Assembly: GCF_000341395.1 (NCBI RefSeq)
Contig: NC_020304.1
Coordinates: 3,210,001-3,242,000 of the forward strand
Direction of reading: 5' to 3'
Source: Desulfocapsa sulfexigens DSM 10523
GTDB taxonomy: Bacteria; Desulfobacterota; Desulfobulbia; Desulfobulbales; Desulfocapsaceae
Length of the DNA stretch: 32,000 nt
Shown: piece after piece, positions 17,700-26,789 of the stretch
Layout: each line of letters opens with the position of its first letter
Position numbering within the stretch: position 1 is the stretch's first letter
Translations under genes and position numbers: made by a program
Notes under the pieces: generated by a model
The model's input: only the letters and a program-made list of their open reading frames with translations
The model's database searches: none
Told to the model about the DNA's origin: nothing

Positions 17700-19148
17700 T
17701 TGCTTTTGAAAACGAAAATATTAGTTGCCAATCGTGGTGAAATCGCCATTCGACTGATTCGCGCCATCCAGGAATTACATTATGAAGCGGTAGCTGTCTA
17801 TGAGACGCCAGACAAGGACTCAAGTCATATTCGCATCGCCAACGAAGCTGTCTGGCTTGGAAAGGGACCACGCTGTGACTATCTTGACATTGACAAGATA
17901 ATCAAAGCTGCCAAAAAAACCGGAGCCATAGCTATTCATCCAGGTTATGGATTTCTTGCCGAAAATGCAAACTTCGCCAAAGCCTGTGAAGATGAAGGTA
18001 TTATCTTTATAGGTCCATCTTCAGAAGTTGTCACTAATTTAGGTAATAAGGTTATAGCAAGAAAGATTATGGCCGAAGCCGGTATCCCTATGGTACCTGG
18101 CACTGACAACCTTCCGCATGGTGACGAGGGTGTGAAGGCTGCCATAGCCTTTGCCGACGAATTCAAGTATCCAATCATGCTGAAGGCAACCTCTGGTGGT
18201 GGAGGACGTGGTATCAGGCTTATTGAGTCCGATGCCCAGATGAAGTCGGAAATCCCAGTTGCTCGAGCTGAAGCTCTTGCTGCCTTTAATGACGCATCGG
18301 TTTACCTTGAAAAGGTGGTTGTTGAACCCAAACATGTTGAAGTCCAGATCATGGCAGACCATGAAGGCACTACCATTCACCTCGGGACACGTGACTGTTC
18401 TATTCAACGAAGAAATCAAAAACTGATAGAGATTGCTCCCTCAATGATTGGTGACAAGAAACTTTTGGATACCATCTGTGAAACCGCTGTTAAAGCCGCC
18501 AAAGCCGCCAATTATCTTAATGCCGGCACTGTAGAGTTTCTTATAGATAAAGATTTCAATTATTATTTTATGGAGATCAACACCAGGGTACAGGTTGAAC
18601 ATACAGTAACGGAAATGGTCACCGGCATTGATATCGTTCGTACCCAGATCAAACTTGCTCTTGGTAAAAAACTTTCCTTTTCACAGAATGATGTACAGTT
18701 ACGTGGCCATGCCATCGAAATGCGCATAAATGCGGAAGACCCTAAGGCGGATTTCATGCCAGAAGGTGGAAAGACGGTTTCTGTATATCGCTCACCTGGT
18801 GGTTATGGTGTTCGACTTGATGGATTTGTTTACCAGGGCTTCACCATTCCCGAAGTGTACGATTCATTGCTCGTCAAAATGACCGTTCATGGTTTCTCCT
18901 GGAATGAAACTGTGGACAGGCTGCGCCGTTGTCTTCAGAATTTTGTTATTTCTGGACCGAAAACAACCATTCCCTTCTATCTGAACATTGCCAAAGAGCC
19001 GGATTTTATAGCAGGGAATTTCGACACATCATATTTGGATAAACACCCTGAATTGTTCATATATGAAGACAACGCCAATGAGGCCAGCAAACTCGCAAAC
19101 TTGATAGCAGAAATTCATCATCGTGGTTACAATCCATACGCTGCCTGA
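17700..19148 (+). CDS. biotin carboxylase subunit (ATP-grasp) of a two-subunit biotin-dependent carboxylase
   Basis: KILVANRGEIAIR, HPGYGFLAEN, MLKATSGGGGRGI and MEINTRVQVEH. Both candidate starts are TTG, at 17700 and 17706. I prefer 17706, which lies 6 nt after GGAG at 17696-17699. Confidence 0.9.
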   Translation: MLLKTKILVANRGEIAIRLIRAIQELHYEAVAVYETPDKDSSHIRIANEAVWLGKGPRCDYLDIDKIIKAAKKTGAIAIHPGYGFLAENANFAKACEDEGIIFIGPSSEVVTNLGNKVIARKIMAEAGIPMVPGTDNLPHGDEGVKAAIAFADEFKYPIMLKATSGGGGRGIRLIESDAQMKSEIPVARAEALAAFNDASVYLEKVVVEPKHVEVQIMADHEGTTIHLGTRDCSIQRRNQKLIEIAPSMIGDKKLLDTICETAVKAAKAANYLNAGTVEFLIDKDFNYYFMEINTRVQVEHTVTEMVTGIDIVRTQIKLALGKKLSFSQNDVQLRGHAIEMRINAEDPKADFMPEGGKTVSVYRSPGGYGVRLDGFVYQGFTIPEVYDSLLVKMTVHGFSWNETVDRLRRCLQNFVISGPKTTIPFYLNIAKEPDFIAGNFDTSYLDKHPELFIYEDNANEASKLANLIAEIHHRGYNPYAA

Positions 19149-19244
19149 TATAAGAGCAACAGTTAAAGACACTAATTTTCCTGTCGTTAAACGGTTCCCT
19201 AGAAAGACCTGGTTACGACAAACATTGATAGAGAAGGAATAAAT

Positions 19245-21152
19245 ATGGAACGAATTGTACAAGGAACCTCACCGGCTGATGTGGTCAAACAATTACAGAA
19301 TTCAGATGGTTATCATATCACCAATACTGCCCGTGATCTCTCTCAGTCTGATTTTAAAAATAGAATTCTTCTCCATACTGACATGATGGCGGCAGAATCG
19401 AGAGAACGAGCCGGATATTTTTCACTCGAGATTACAGGCGGGGCATCTGTTCATGTAGATATTCTCCGCAAACAGGTTGACCCGTTTCTCAAACTGGAAA
19501 TTCTTCGTGAAAAAATGCCCACCACAATGTTTCAAACCCTGTGTCGTGGTGTGAATCTTTTTGGCTATCGTCCTTACCCTCAAAATGTCATTCGTTTTAC
19601 AGTTAGAGAATTTGCAAAATACGTTGATGTCTGGCGTACTTTTGATTTCATGAACTATATTCCGAATATGCAGGCTGTTTTTGAGGAAGTTGCCAAGGCC
19701 GGAAAAATCAACGAGCCCTGTATATGCTTTTCCACAGGTCCTGAACATACCGACGCTTACTACCTGACAAAAGTTCAGGAAATCCTCGATGTAACCGGGA
19801 ACGATATTGTTCTCTGTATTAAGAACCATGGAGGGTTGGGAACTCCTACACGTATTGGAGAACTTGTTGATTCCATTCGTCAAAAGCATCCTGACCTGCC
19901 AATTCATTATCATGGTCATAATACTGACGGTAATGATGTTGGGAGAATCGTGGCTGCTGTTCAGAATGGTGCTACAATCGTTGATGCCTCTGATGCATCC
20001 TTCACTGGTTTCTACGGACCAGCACCGATTCTCACAGTAATTCAGACCTTGAAGGATCTTGGTCATAATCCTGCGACCATAAACGAAGATGCAGTTATTG
20101 AAACCTCCGAGGCCATACGAGACCAACGACAGTACTACGAAGCCTTTGAGTCCCAGATTAAGGGGTTCCAGCCCACCGTTCAGATTCACAAGCTCCCCGG
20201 CGGTGCAATGGGATCCAGTCTTGAGCAGGCTGTCAAGGGTGGTTTCCTTGATAAGATGCCGGATATTTTGCACAAGGAACTTCCAAGAGTTCAGAAAGAA
20301 TTAGGAAATTACTGGTCTGTAACCCCCGGTTCCCAAATTCTCTGGACAACAGCCGTTTCTAACGTACAGGGGGGGGAACGCTACGGAAATCCATCGGGTG
20401 ACCTGAGAAATCTCCTTCTTGGGAAATATGGCCCATTTCCCTTCTACGAGCCTGAAGAATGGATTTTCGAGAAAGTGCTTGGAAAAGACTGGAAAAAAGT
20501 TATCGAAAAAGAAGGTGGTGTCGAAGATATCGGCGATATGGACATCGAGAAAGAGAAGGAAACTCTTACTGAGAGAATTGGTGGCGAACCCACTGATCAA
20601 CAACTGGTTCTGTACCTGCAGCACCCCAATGACGCAGTAGAATTTTTCAAATTTGAAGAAAAATTCGGCAAAGTATACGTACTTCCTCCCTCAATATTCC
20701 TCCATCAGGGACAATTTGATCCTGGAGAGACACTTACCTTTACCGATCATACCGGAAAAGAGCACATGCTTGAGGTTGGTCCATCCATCGTAGATGAAGA
20801 TGGTGAGACCAATGTTTATCTCAATGTTGATCACCACCAACGCGTATATACCTTTGAGGCTGAACTGCCTGAAGGTGTCACCGCTAAGGCTGCTGTTATC
20901 TCGAAAGAAGAAATAATCGCTCTTGCGAAAGCTGGTGATATGCGTGCTTCATTTTCCGGCAATGTTTGTGAAATCGGTGTAAAGGAAGGACAGGCTGTTG
21001 CTGCTGGTGATAAACTTGCTGTTATGGAAGCCATGAAAATGCAGACTCCTATTAACAGCGTAATAGATGGAATCGTAACTGCTATTTCAGTCAAGGTTGG
21101 TGATTCATTACAGCCTGGTGATAAAATATTGAAAATTGATATAGACGAATAG
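19245..21152 (+). CDS. carboxyltransferase (PycB/OadA/5S family) fused to a C-terminal biotinyl carrier domain; motifs atypical
   Basis: 635 aa. The TIM-barrel carboxyltransferase region carries TNTARDLSQS, CIKNHGG and IHYHGHNTDG. The C-terminal biotinylation site is VMEAMKMQ. GAAGGA lies before the ATG. Confidence 0.85.
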   Translation: MERIVQGTSPADVVKQLQNSDGYHITNTARDLSQSDFKNRILLHTDMMAAESRERAGYFSLEITGGASVHVDILRKQVDPFLKLEILREKMPTTMFQTLCRGVNLFGYRPYPQNVIRFTVREFAKYVDVWRTFDFMNYIPNMQAVFEEVAKAGKINEPCICFSTGPEHTDAYYLTKVQEILDVTGNDIVLCIKNHGGLGTPTRIGELVDSIRQKHPDLPIHYHGHNTDGNDVGRIVAAVQNGATIVDASDASFTGFYGPAPILTVIQTLKDLGHNPATINEDAVIETSEAIRDQRQYYEAFESQIKGFQPTVQIHKLPGGAMGSSLEQAVKGGFLDKMPDILHKELPRVQKELGNYWSVTPGSQILWTTAVSNVQGGERYGNPSGDLRNLLLGKYGPFPFYEPEEWIFEKVLGKDWKKVIEKEGGVEDIGDMDIEKEKETLTERIGGEPTDQQLVLYLQHPNDAVEFFKFEEKFGKVYVLPPSIFLHQGQFDPGETLTFTDHTGKEHMLEVGPSIVDEDGETNVYLNVDHHQRVYTFEAELPEGVTAKAAVISKEEIIALAKAGDMRASFSGNVCEIGVKEGQAVAAGDKLAVMEAMKMQTPINSVIDGIVTAISVKVGDSLQPGDKILKIDIDE

Positions 21153-21177
21153 GTTTTTCCCTCCGTATCAGATTCAA

Positions 21178-21217
21178 ATGCCTTTTCATAATAGCAATTA
21201 TGGAAAGGCATTTTTTT
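21178..21217 (+). terminator. Rho-independent terminator after the carboxylase operon
   Basis: ATGCCTTT (21178-21185) pairs with AAAGGCAT (21204-21211). A run of T follows through 21217, 26 nt after the stop codon. Confidence 0.8.
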
Positions 21218-21341
21218 GTAAACAATAAACTCCTCCCCTTGCAGTAGCTCATTCCATTATAAAACAACTTGACTTTCTCCTGTAAAAGCGAAGAAAATAA
21301 GAAAAGAGTCCCTCTTCTGCCCTTACTGAAGGAATGAGTCC

Positions 21342-21878
21342 ATGCCTAACAACAACTGTCATTCCACAAGCTATATTTCAACGGCTACTGTCCCTAGGAT
21401 TCTTGTCCGTCTTATACTCTATGCCCTCCTGTGGTACACACTTGCCGGGTCGGACATGTTGAGCTGGATTATAGGTGTTCCCGCAGTTTTGTTGACCACA
21501 TCACTTAGTTTTAAACTGACTGCATCTTCCCGAGTAAATATAAGTTTTACTGGCATTATTCGTTTTATTCCTTTTTTTCTCTACCAATCTTTTCACGGTG
21601 CCGCTGATGTCATGCGCCGTGCCCTCTCTTTTCGACAACTTCTTAATCCTGGGCTGGTCTCCTATACCACTCTCCTGCCCGAAGGATCTGCCAGGATATT
21701 TTTTATTAACAGTATCAGCCTGCTCCCCGGTACATTGAGTGCAAAGTTGCATGGAAACAAGGTGGTCATTCACACTCTTGATCTTGGACTGCCTGTTTGG
21801 CGTAACATTCAACACCTTGAATATCAGGTTGCACTGTTGATGGGCTGTACGACTGGAAAAAGACAGGAAGAACTATGA
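21342..21878 (+). CDS. mrpE: Mrp/Mnh cation:proton antiporter subunit E
   Basis: 178 aa with N-terminal TM helices, then LLPGTLSAKLHGNKVVIHTLD, which is typical of MnhE. Confidence 0.75.
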   Translation: MPNNNCHSTSYISTATVPRILVRLILYALLWYTLAGSDMLSWIIGVPAVLLTTSLSFKLTASSRVNISFTGIIRFIPFFLYQSFHGAADVMRRALSFRQLLNPGLVSYTTLLPEGSARIFFINSISLLPGTLSAKLHGNKVVIHTLDLGLPVWRNIQHLEYQVALLMGCTTGKRQEEL

Positions 21879-22162
21879 GTTGGATTCATATATTTTTTGC
21901 TCTAATTTTGCTTCTTGCAATTGCTGCAGGTATGATTCGTATTCTGAGAGGTCCTACTGCTGCTGATCGTATGATGACGGCGCAGCTATTTGGCACCTGC
22001 GGTGTGGCGATACTGCTGCTGTTGAGTGCAGGAATGGCAAGCCCGGTACTCGTTGATATTGCACTCGTTTTTGCACTTCTCGCAGCACTTGCCACCTTAA
22101 CCTTTGTCCGCCGAACCTGGCAAGATCCCGGGAAGAAAAGACATGGATATCCTCTATTATAG
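21875..22162 (+). CDS. mrpF: Mrp/Mnh subunit F
   Basis: 95 aa with three TM segments. IRILRGPTAADRMM is the MnhF signature. ATGA overlap with mrpE. Confidence 0.8.
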   Translation: MSWIHIFFALILLLAIAAGMIRILRGPTAADRMMTAQLFGTCGVAILLLLSAGMASPVLVDIALVFALLAALATLTFVRRTWQDPGKKRHGYPLL

Positions 22163-22445
22163 TGGCACCTTTATCCTTATAATTGGTCTTCTTTTTTTTC
22201 TGTCCGGTACCGTGGGACTGATTCGTTTTCCAGACATTTACACCAGGCTACATGCTCTAACCAAAGCGGATAACGTCGGGCTTGGCTGTGTAATCTGCGG
22301 TCTTTCCCTCCAGTCCTGCAACTGGATGCTAATAGTAAAACTTTTGCTTATCTGGTTGCTGGTTATGGTTGCAAGTTCTGCATCCTGCCATCTCATTGCC
22401 AGCAGTGCAATGCAGAAAAACATTAAGCCCTGGACACGCTCATGA
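22143..22445 (+). CDS. mrpG: Mrp/Mnh subunit G
   Basis: GTVGLIRFPDIYTRLHALTKADNVG is the MnhG signature. The ATG at 22143 is preferred over the track start at 22104. Confidence 0.8.
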   Translation: MDILYYSGTFILIIGLLFFLSGTVGLIRFPDIYTRLHALTKADNVGLGCVICGLSLQSCNWMLIVKLLLIWLLVMVASSASCHLIASSAMQKNIKPWTRS

Positions 22446-22774
22446 GCTATTCCATCTTAACATTTTTCGACCTCATCCTCGTTTTAACCCTTCTCTCGTT
22501 AAGCTGGCATCTGCTCAATAGTGAAGACATCTTTAAGGCTGTTGTCCTGTTCATATCCTTTGGCCTTTTGATGGCCCTGGCCTGGGTTAGGATGCGGGCC
22601 CCAGATGTGGCTCTTGCTGAGGCGGCACTTGGAGCTGGTCTGACGGGACCGCTTTTTCTTGCAGCCCTCAGACGAATGAATCGATGTCACAAAGGTGAAC
22701 GTAGACTTGATATCGATGAAAACAGGGACGGAGATAATGAAAAAAAAATGGAACAACCACATCAGAGAGCGTAA
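22442..22774 (+). CDS. DUF4040 / MbhD-like membrane protein (corresponds to part of the MrpA C-terminal region)
   Basis: Three TM segments. RAPDVALAEAALGAGLTG matches the APDVA..E motif of MbhD/MrpA-C. ATGA overlap with mrpG. Confidence 0.7.
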   Translation: MSYSILTFFDLILVLTLLSLSWHLLNSEDIFKAVVLFISFGLLMALAWVRMRAPDVALAEAALGAGLTGPLFLAALRRMNRCHKGERRLDIDENRDGDNEKKMEQPHQRA

Positions 22775-23447
22775 TCCTTTTCAGCTGCTCTTTTTGTTCC
22801 TTCTCTTTTCTTTGACAGTGATACTTGCAGTCATCTTCTGTAATATTCCTGAAAAGAGTTCAGTAATTGAAGCTGGTATTGTCTCTATGCAGAACCAGAG
22901 TGGTGTGAACAGTCCGGTAACCGCTGTGCTGCTCAATTTTCGAGGGTATGACACTTTACTTGAAGTAATGGTGCTCCTGGTTGCTGTCATTGGGGTATGG
23001 TCACTGACCAAAGCTACTTCCTACGGAAATACAGCTGACATAAGCCCAGTGCAGCTAGGTGTTGTTCATCTGCTTACCCCGGTAATGTGCCTGGTTGCAG
23101 CATATCTTGTGTGGCAGGGAAGTCATCTGGCGGGAGGGGCATTTCAGGGAGGTGCTATTTTAGGTGCTGCAGGAGTTCTCCTGCTGGTAAGCGAAATTCC
23201 CTGGCCACATGCTGTTCCTGCTTTGGTTCTTCGCATCGGTCTGGTTTTCGGGCCATTGATTTTTACTGGCATCGCTCTTTACTGTCTTTGGGCCCGTGGC
23301 GGACTCCTGGACTACCCTAAAGGATCTGCTGGGTGGCTGATTCTCCTTATCGAAACGACCTGTGCACTTTCCATTGGTCTTACATTGGCCCTGCTTTTTG
23401 CAGGTGGTCGACCTGATGAGACGGGTTCCGAAGGAGACGTACAATGA
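22737..23447 (+). CDS. mrpB: MnhB/MrpB-domain membrane protein (MrpA-C-terminal-like plus MrpB-like fusion)
   Basis: NSPVTAVLLNFRGYDTLLEVMVLL is followed by GSHLAGGAFQGGAILGAAG. GGAG lies before the ATG at 22737. It overlaps the preceding gene by 38 nt. Confidence 0.75.
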   Translation: MKKKWNNHIRERNPFQLLFLFLLFSLTVILAVIFCNIPEKSSVIEAGIVSMQNQSGVNSPVTAVLLNFRGYDTLLEVMVLLVAVIGVWSLTKATSYGNTADISPVQLGVVHLLTPVMCLVAAYLVWQGSHLAGGAFQGGAILGAAGVLLLVSEIPWPHAVPALVLRIGLVFGPLIFTGIALYCLWARGGLLDYPKGSAGWLILLIETTCALSIGLTLALLFAGGRPDETGSEGDVQ

Positions 23448-23779
23448 TTACAACCATGCTTTATAGTCTTACCGGCCTGATACTCTTTGGCATGGGCTTT
23501 TACACTCTTATTATCCACTCCCACCCCCTGCGTAAAATCCTGGCCGTTAACGTGATGGCAACTGGAGTCTTTCTAATTCTGGTTGCAACCGCCTACATCC
23601 CAGTTGGCCAGGGAGACATCGACCCTGTGCCCCATGCCATGGTGCTGACTGGTATTGTCGTTTCGGTGAGTGTCACGGCACTGGCTTTAATCTTTGCCTG
23701 TAAGGTCCAGGAGAACTCTAATCTCGACCTGCTAAGAAAAAGAAATCATCGTAAATCCATGAAGGAACGCGGATTGTGA
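23444..23779 (+). CDS. mrpC: Mrp/Mnh subunit C (NuoK-like)
   Basis: 111 aa with three TM segments. LRKILAVNVMATGVFLILVA and DPVPHAMVLTGIVVSVS. ATGA overlap. Confidence 0.8.
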   Translation: MITTMLYSLTGLILFGMGFYTLIIHSHPLRKILAVNVMATGVFLILVATAYIPVGQGDIDPVPHAMVLTGIVVSVSVTALALIFACKVQENSNLDLLRKRNHRKSMKERGL

Positions 23780-25296
23780 TGTTCTCTTCCGATACAGCAG
23801 TATGGATAGTTTTTCCAGTTATTCTACCTCTTGTAGCTGGTCTGCTCTGTTTCCTGTTTAAACGCGGGACATTTGGTATTGCTCTTGCCGCGGCCATAGG
23901 AAATTTCTTTGTGGTCAGCTTTCTTATTTATCAAATGCTTGTTTACGGCCCTATGCGTTGTTACATAGGCGGTTGGCACCCGCCATTGGGGATAAGCCTG
24001 CGAAGCGACGGGCCTGCCCTGCTTATGCTGCTGATGACTGCTGCAACAGGCCTCGCCATCACTCTCTACGCCAGGGGATATTTTTTGTTTCGTATTTCCG
24101 ATCCATTACGGGCCCAACGACACAAACGTCAACAACACTATTTCTGGCCACTTTGGATGTTGCTGCTCACTGGGTTGAACGGTCTGTTTCTTTCGGCTGA
24201 CATCTTTAATCTGTATGTCACCCTTGAGCTTATAGCGATCTCAGCTGCTCCACTCGCAGCATTGTCAGGAAAACCTGCGTCCCTGCGGGCATCCTATCGT
24301 TATCTGCTTATAAGCCTCATTGGATCACTCACCTATCTTCTCGGTGTTGTATTTCTTTACCGCTCCTGCGGCGTATTGGATCTTGCTCTACTGCAAAACC
24401 TCGCTGGGAACAGGTTAGCAATAACTACGGCACTTGTATTGCTGACAGTCGGGTTGATGCTGAAAACCGCTCTGGTGCCACTCCATTTCTGGTTGCCTCC
24501 TGCCCATGCCAATGCCCTGGCACCAGTAAGTGTTATTCTCTCAGCCCTGGTGGTCAAAGCTTCGTTTTATCTGTTATTCCGTTTCTGGTTTGAAATCTTT
24601 GCCCCTATCATCAGTCTCTCTTCTCTGAATTTTATGGGGACACTCGGGGCACTGGCAATTTTCTGGGGTGCAATTCAAGCCATGCGTCAACAGAGACTTA
24701 AGCTGATGGTAGCCTATTCAACTGTTTCTCAACTCGGCTATTTATTTGTCGCCTTTCCCCTGAGCATGTTTGTAGATGGAGGACAGGCGTGGTCCATCGT
24801 TGTTTTTATTGCCCTGACCCACGCCTGCGCAAAATCAGCAATGTTTATGGTGGCAGGCAATGTGTACCTGCACCTTGGTCACGATAGGATCAAGAGTTTA
24901 AAAGGGGTGAGGTCCAGTCAGCCGATCACCGTTTTTGCTTACGGTATTGCCGGAGTCAGTCTTATGGGACTCCCCCCATCCGGTGCCTTTATTGCTAAAT
25001 GGATGCTCCTCAGCACGTCCTTTGCTTCCTTGCAATACTGGTGGGCAGTCGTGATTGCAGGAGGCAGTCTATTGGCCATGATTTACGTATTCAGGGTCAT
25101 GTCCAATTTTTTTGTCATTCCTGAGGGTGAATCATCCAAGAAAAACGTATCACTTTCTCCTCTTCTGGAATGGCCCCCACTCATTCTTGCTCTAATATCT
25201 CTTTTTCTTGGCCTGATCTCCCCCTGGGTTCTTAAAATTGTATTATATAAAGACAGTGGACTGTTTGCCCAGATCTTTCAGGGGGGGCTGCCATGA
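23776..25296 (+). CDS. mrpD: antiporter-like subunit 1 (MrpD/NuoN/NuoM family)
   Basis: 506 aa. The TM5 Glu is in YVTLELIAIS. The TM7 Lys is in GLMLKTALVPLHFWLPPAH. The TM12 Lys is in HACAKSAMF. The start is GTG at 23776 or ATG at 23779, both overlapping the mrpC stop. Confidence 0.85.
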   Translation: MMFSSDTAVWIVFPVILPLVAGLLCFLFKRGTFGIALAAAIGNFFVVSFLIYQMLVYGPMRCYIGGWHPPLGISLRSDGPALLMLLMTAATGLAITLYARGYFLFRISDPLRAQRHKRQQHYFWPLWMLLLTGLNGLFLSADIFNLYVTLELIAISAAPLAALSGKPASLRASYRYLLISLIGSLTYLLGVVFLYRSCGVLDLALLQNLAGNRLAITTALVLLTVGLMLKTALVPLHFWLPPAHANALAPVSVILSALVVKASFYLLFRFWFEIFAPIISLSSLNFMGTLGALAIFWGAIQAMRQQRLKLMVAYSTVSQLGYLFVAFPLSMFVDGGQAWSIVVFIALTHACAKSAMFMVAGNVYLHLGHDRIKSLKGVRSSQPITVFAYGIAGVSLMGLPPSGAFIAKWMLLSTSFASLQYWWAVVIAGGSLLAMIYVFRVMSNFFVIPEGESSKKNVSLSPLLEWPPLILALISLFLGLISPWVLKIVLYKDSGLFAQIFQGGLP

Positions 25297-26789
25297 ATAG
25301 CGGTCAACTGCTTCTTGTTTCCATCCTGCTCAGTTCATTTATCCCAGGCATTATCATCTTTTGTCTGCCAGAGGAAAAACATCGGTTACGCACACTCCTC
25401 AATTTTTGTGGCTCAATAGTCAAAATATCACTGGTTCTTGTTATGAATGCCGGTATTTATTACGGTCATGTCTTTGAAATACGATTACCGCTTATCCCAG
25501 GTGTAGAGTTACTGTTAAGTGGGGATCCGTTGTCTGCTCTCTTTACAACCCTGTCCAGTGTTCTCTGGCTCCTGACCACTGTTTATGCAGTTGGCTATCT
25601 TGAAAACTCACCCAACCGTAGTCATTTTTTCGGTTATTTTAGTCTCTGTGTAACGGTTACTATCGGTATTGCCCTCGCAGGCAATCTGGTGACATTTCTT
25701 CTTTTTTATGAAATGCTCACCCTTGCCACCTATCCACTGGTTATCCACCGGGGAACAGATAAATCATTACGCGCAGGCCGTAATTATCTTATGTATGCCT
25801 TCAGTGGTGGCGCCGTTTTTCTTGTTGCCGTGGTCTGGCTTCAAGCTATTGTCGGACCGATGGATTTCTCGGCAAGCGGATTTTCACCTATGTATCTTAC
25901 CAGCCACGGATCGGTTTTGACTTTTATTTTTATCCTCCTGATTATCGGAGTTGGCGTCAAGGCCGCACTGGTTCCGTTGCATGGCTGGCTCCCTCAGGCC
26001 ATGGTGGCACCTGCTCCGGTGAGTGCTCTTTTGCATGCAGTTGCCGTGGTCAAGGCCGGCGCTTTTGGTATTGTTCGTATCGTTCTTGATGTCTACGGAG
26101 CACATAACCTGCTCCTTATGGGAGTCCTTCCTTTACTTTCAGCTGTTGCCGCCTTCACTATTATTTACGGATCGGTCCTTGCACTGCAGCAGGATGATCT
26201 TAAAAGGCGCCTTGCCTATTCTACTATCAGCCAGGTTTCCTATATTGCGCTTGGAATGAGTATGGTAGATCAGCAACTTGCAGTTATCGGAGGCCTTGTC
26301 CATCTCGTACATCAGGGATTGATGAAAATAACTTTGTTCTTTTGCGCAGGAAATCTTGCCGAAACACTGGGCATTCACCGTATCAGTGAAATGCGTGGCG
26401 TTGCGCGACGTATGCCTCTTACCATGGCTGCATTTTCAATTGCAGCTTTGGGAATGATCGGTATTCCACCCACTGTTGGCTTTGTTTCCAAGTGGTATCT
26501 GGGGCTTGGTGGTTTGGCCGGAGGAAACTGGTGGTTGCTGGTAGTACTTGTGGTGAGCAGCCTTCTCAACGCCTGGTATTTTCTTCCTATTCTGATCTAT
26601 GCCTGGTTTGACAAGCAACAGGGGGCCTGGCCTGAAGAGCTGTATGTCGGTCGTTTTGAGACCCGTTTAATGCTGCTTGTACCTCCACTTGTCACGGCCT
26701 TTATTGTTATGGCAGCAGGCTTAGTAGCCAATGCTCAGATCAGCCCCCTGGCCTGGGTACGTTTTATTGTCAGGGGGTATACTTTATGA
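25293..26789 (+). CDS. mrpD: antiporter-like subunit 2 (MrpD/NuoM family)
   Basis: 498 aa. LLFYEMLTLATYPLV (TM5 Glu), GVGVKAALVPLHGWLPQAM and HQGLMKITLFF. ATGA overlap. Confidence 0.85.
   Translation: MNSGQLLLVSILLSSFIPGIIIFCLPEEKHRLRTLLNFCGSIVKISLVLVMNAGIYYGHVFEIRLPLIPGVELLLSGDPLSALFTTLSSVLWLLTTVYAVGYLENSPNRSHFFGYFSLCVTVTIGIALAGNLVTFLLFYEMLTLATYPLVIHRGTDKSLRAGRNYLMYAFSGGAVFLVAVVWLQAIVGPMDFSASGFSPMYLTSHGSVLTFIFILLIIGVGVKAALVPLHGWLPQAMVAPAPVSALLHAVAVVKAGAFGIVRIVLDVYGAHNLLLMGVLPLLSAVAAFTIIYGSVLALQQDDLKRRLAYSTISQVSYIALGMSMVDQQLAVIGGLVHLVHQGLMKITLFFCAGNLAETLGIHRISEMRGVARRMPLTMAAFSIAALGMIGIPPTVGFVSKWYLGLGGLAGGNWWLLVVLVVSSLLNAWYFLPILIYAWFDKQQGAWPEELYVGRFETRLMLLVPPLVTAFIVMAAGLVANAQISPLAWVRFIVRGYTL

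Noticed and set aside
19422-20273. 283-aa minus-strand ORF antisense to the carboxyltransferase gene
   Set aside because: It is long for a shadow ORF, but it lies entirely within a strongly motif-supported plus-strand CDS. It has no recognisable domain, no ribosome-binding site and an odd composition. I treat it as a chance open antisense frame.
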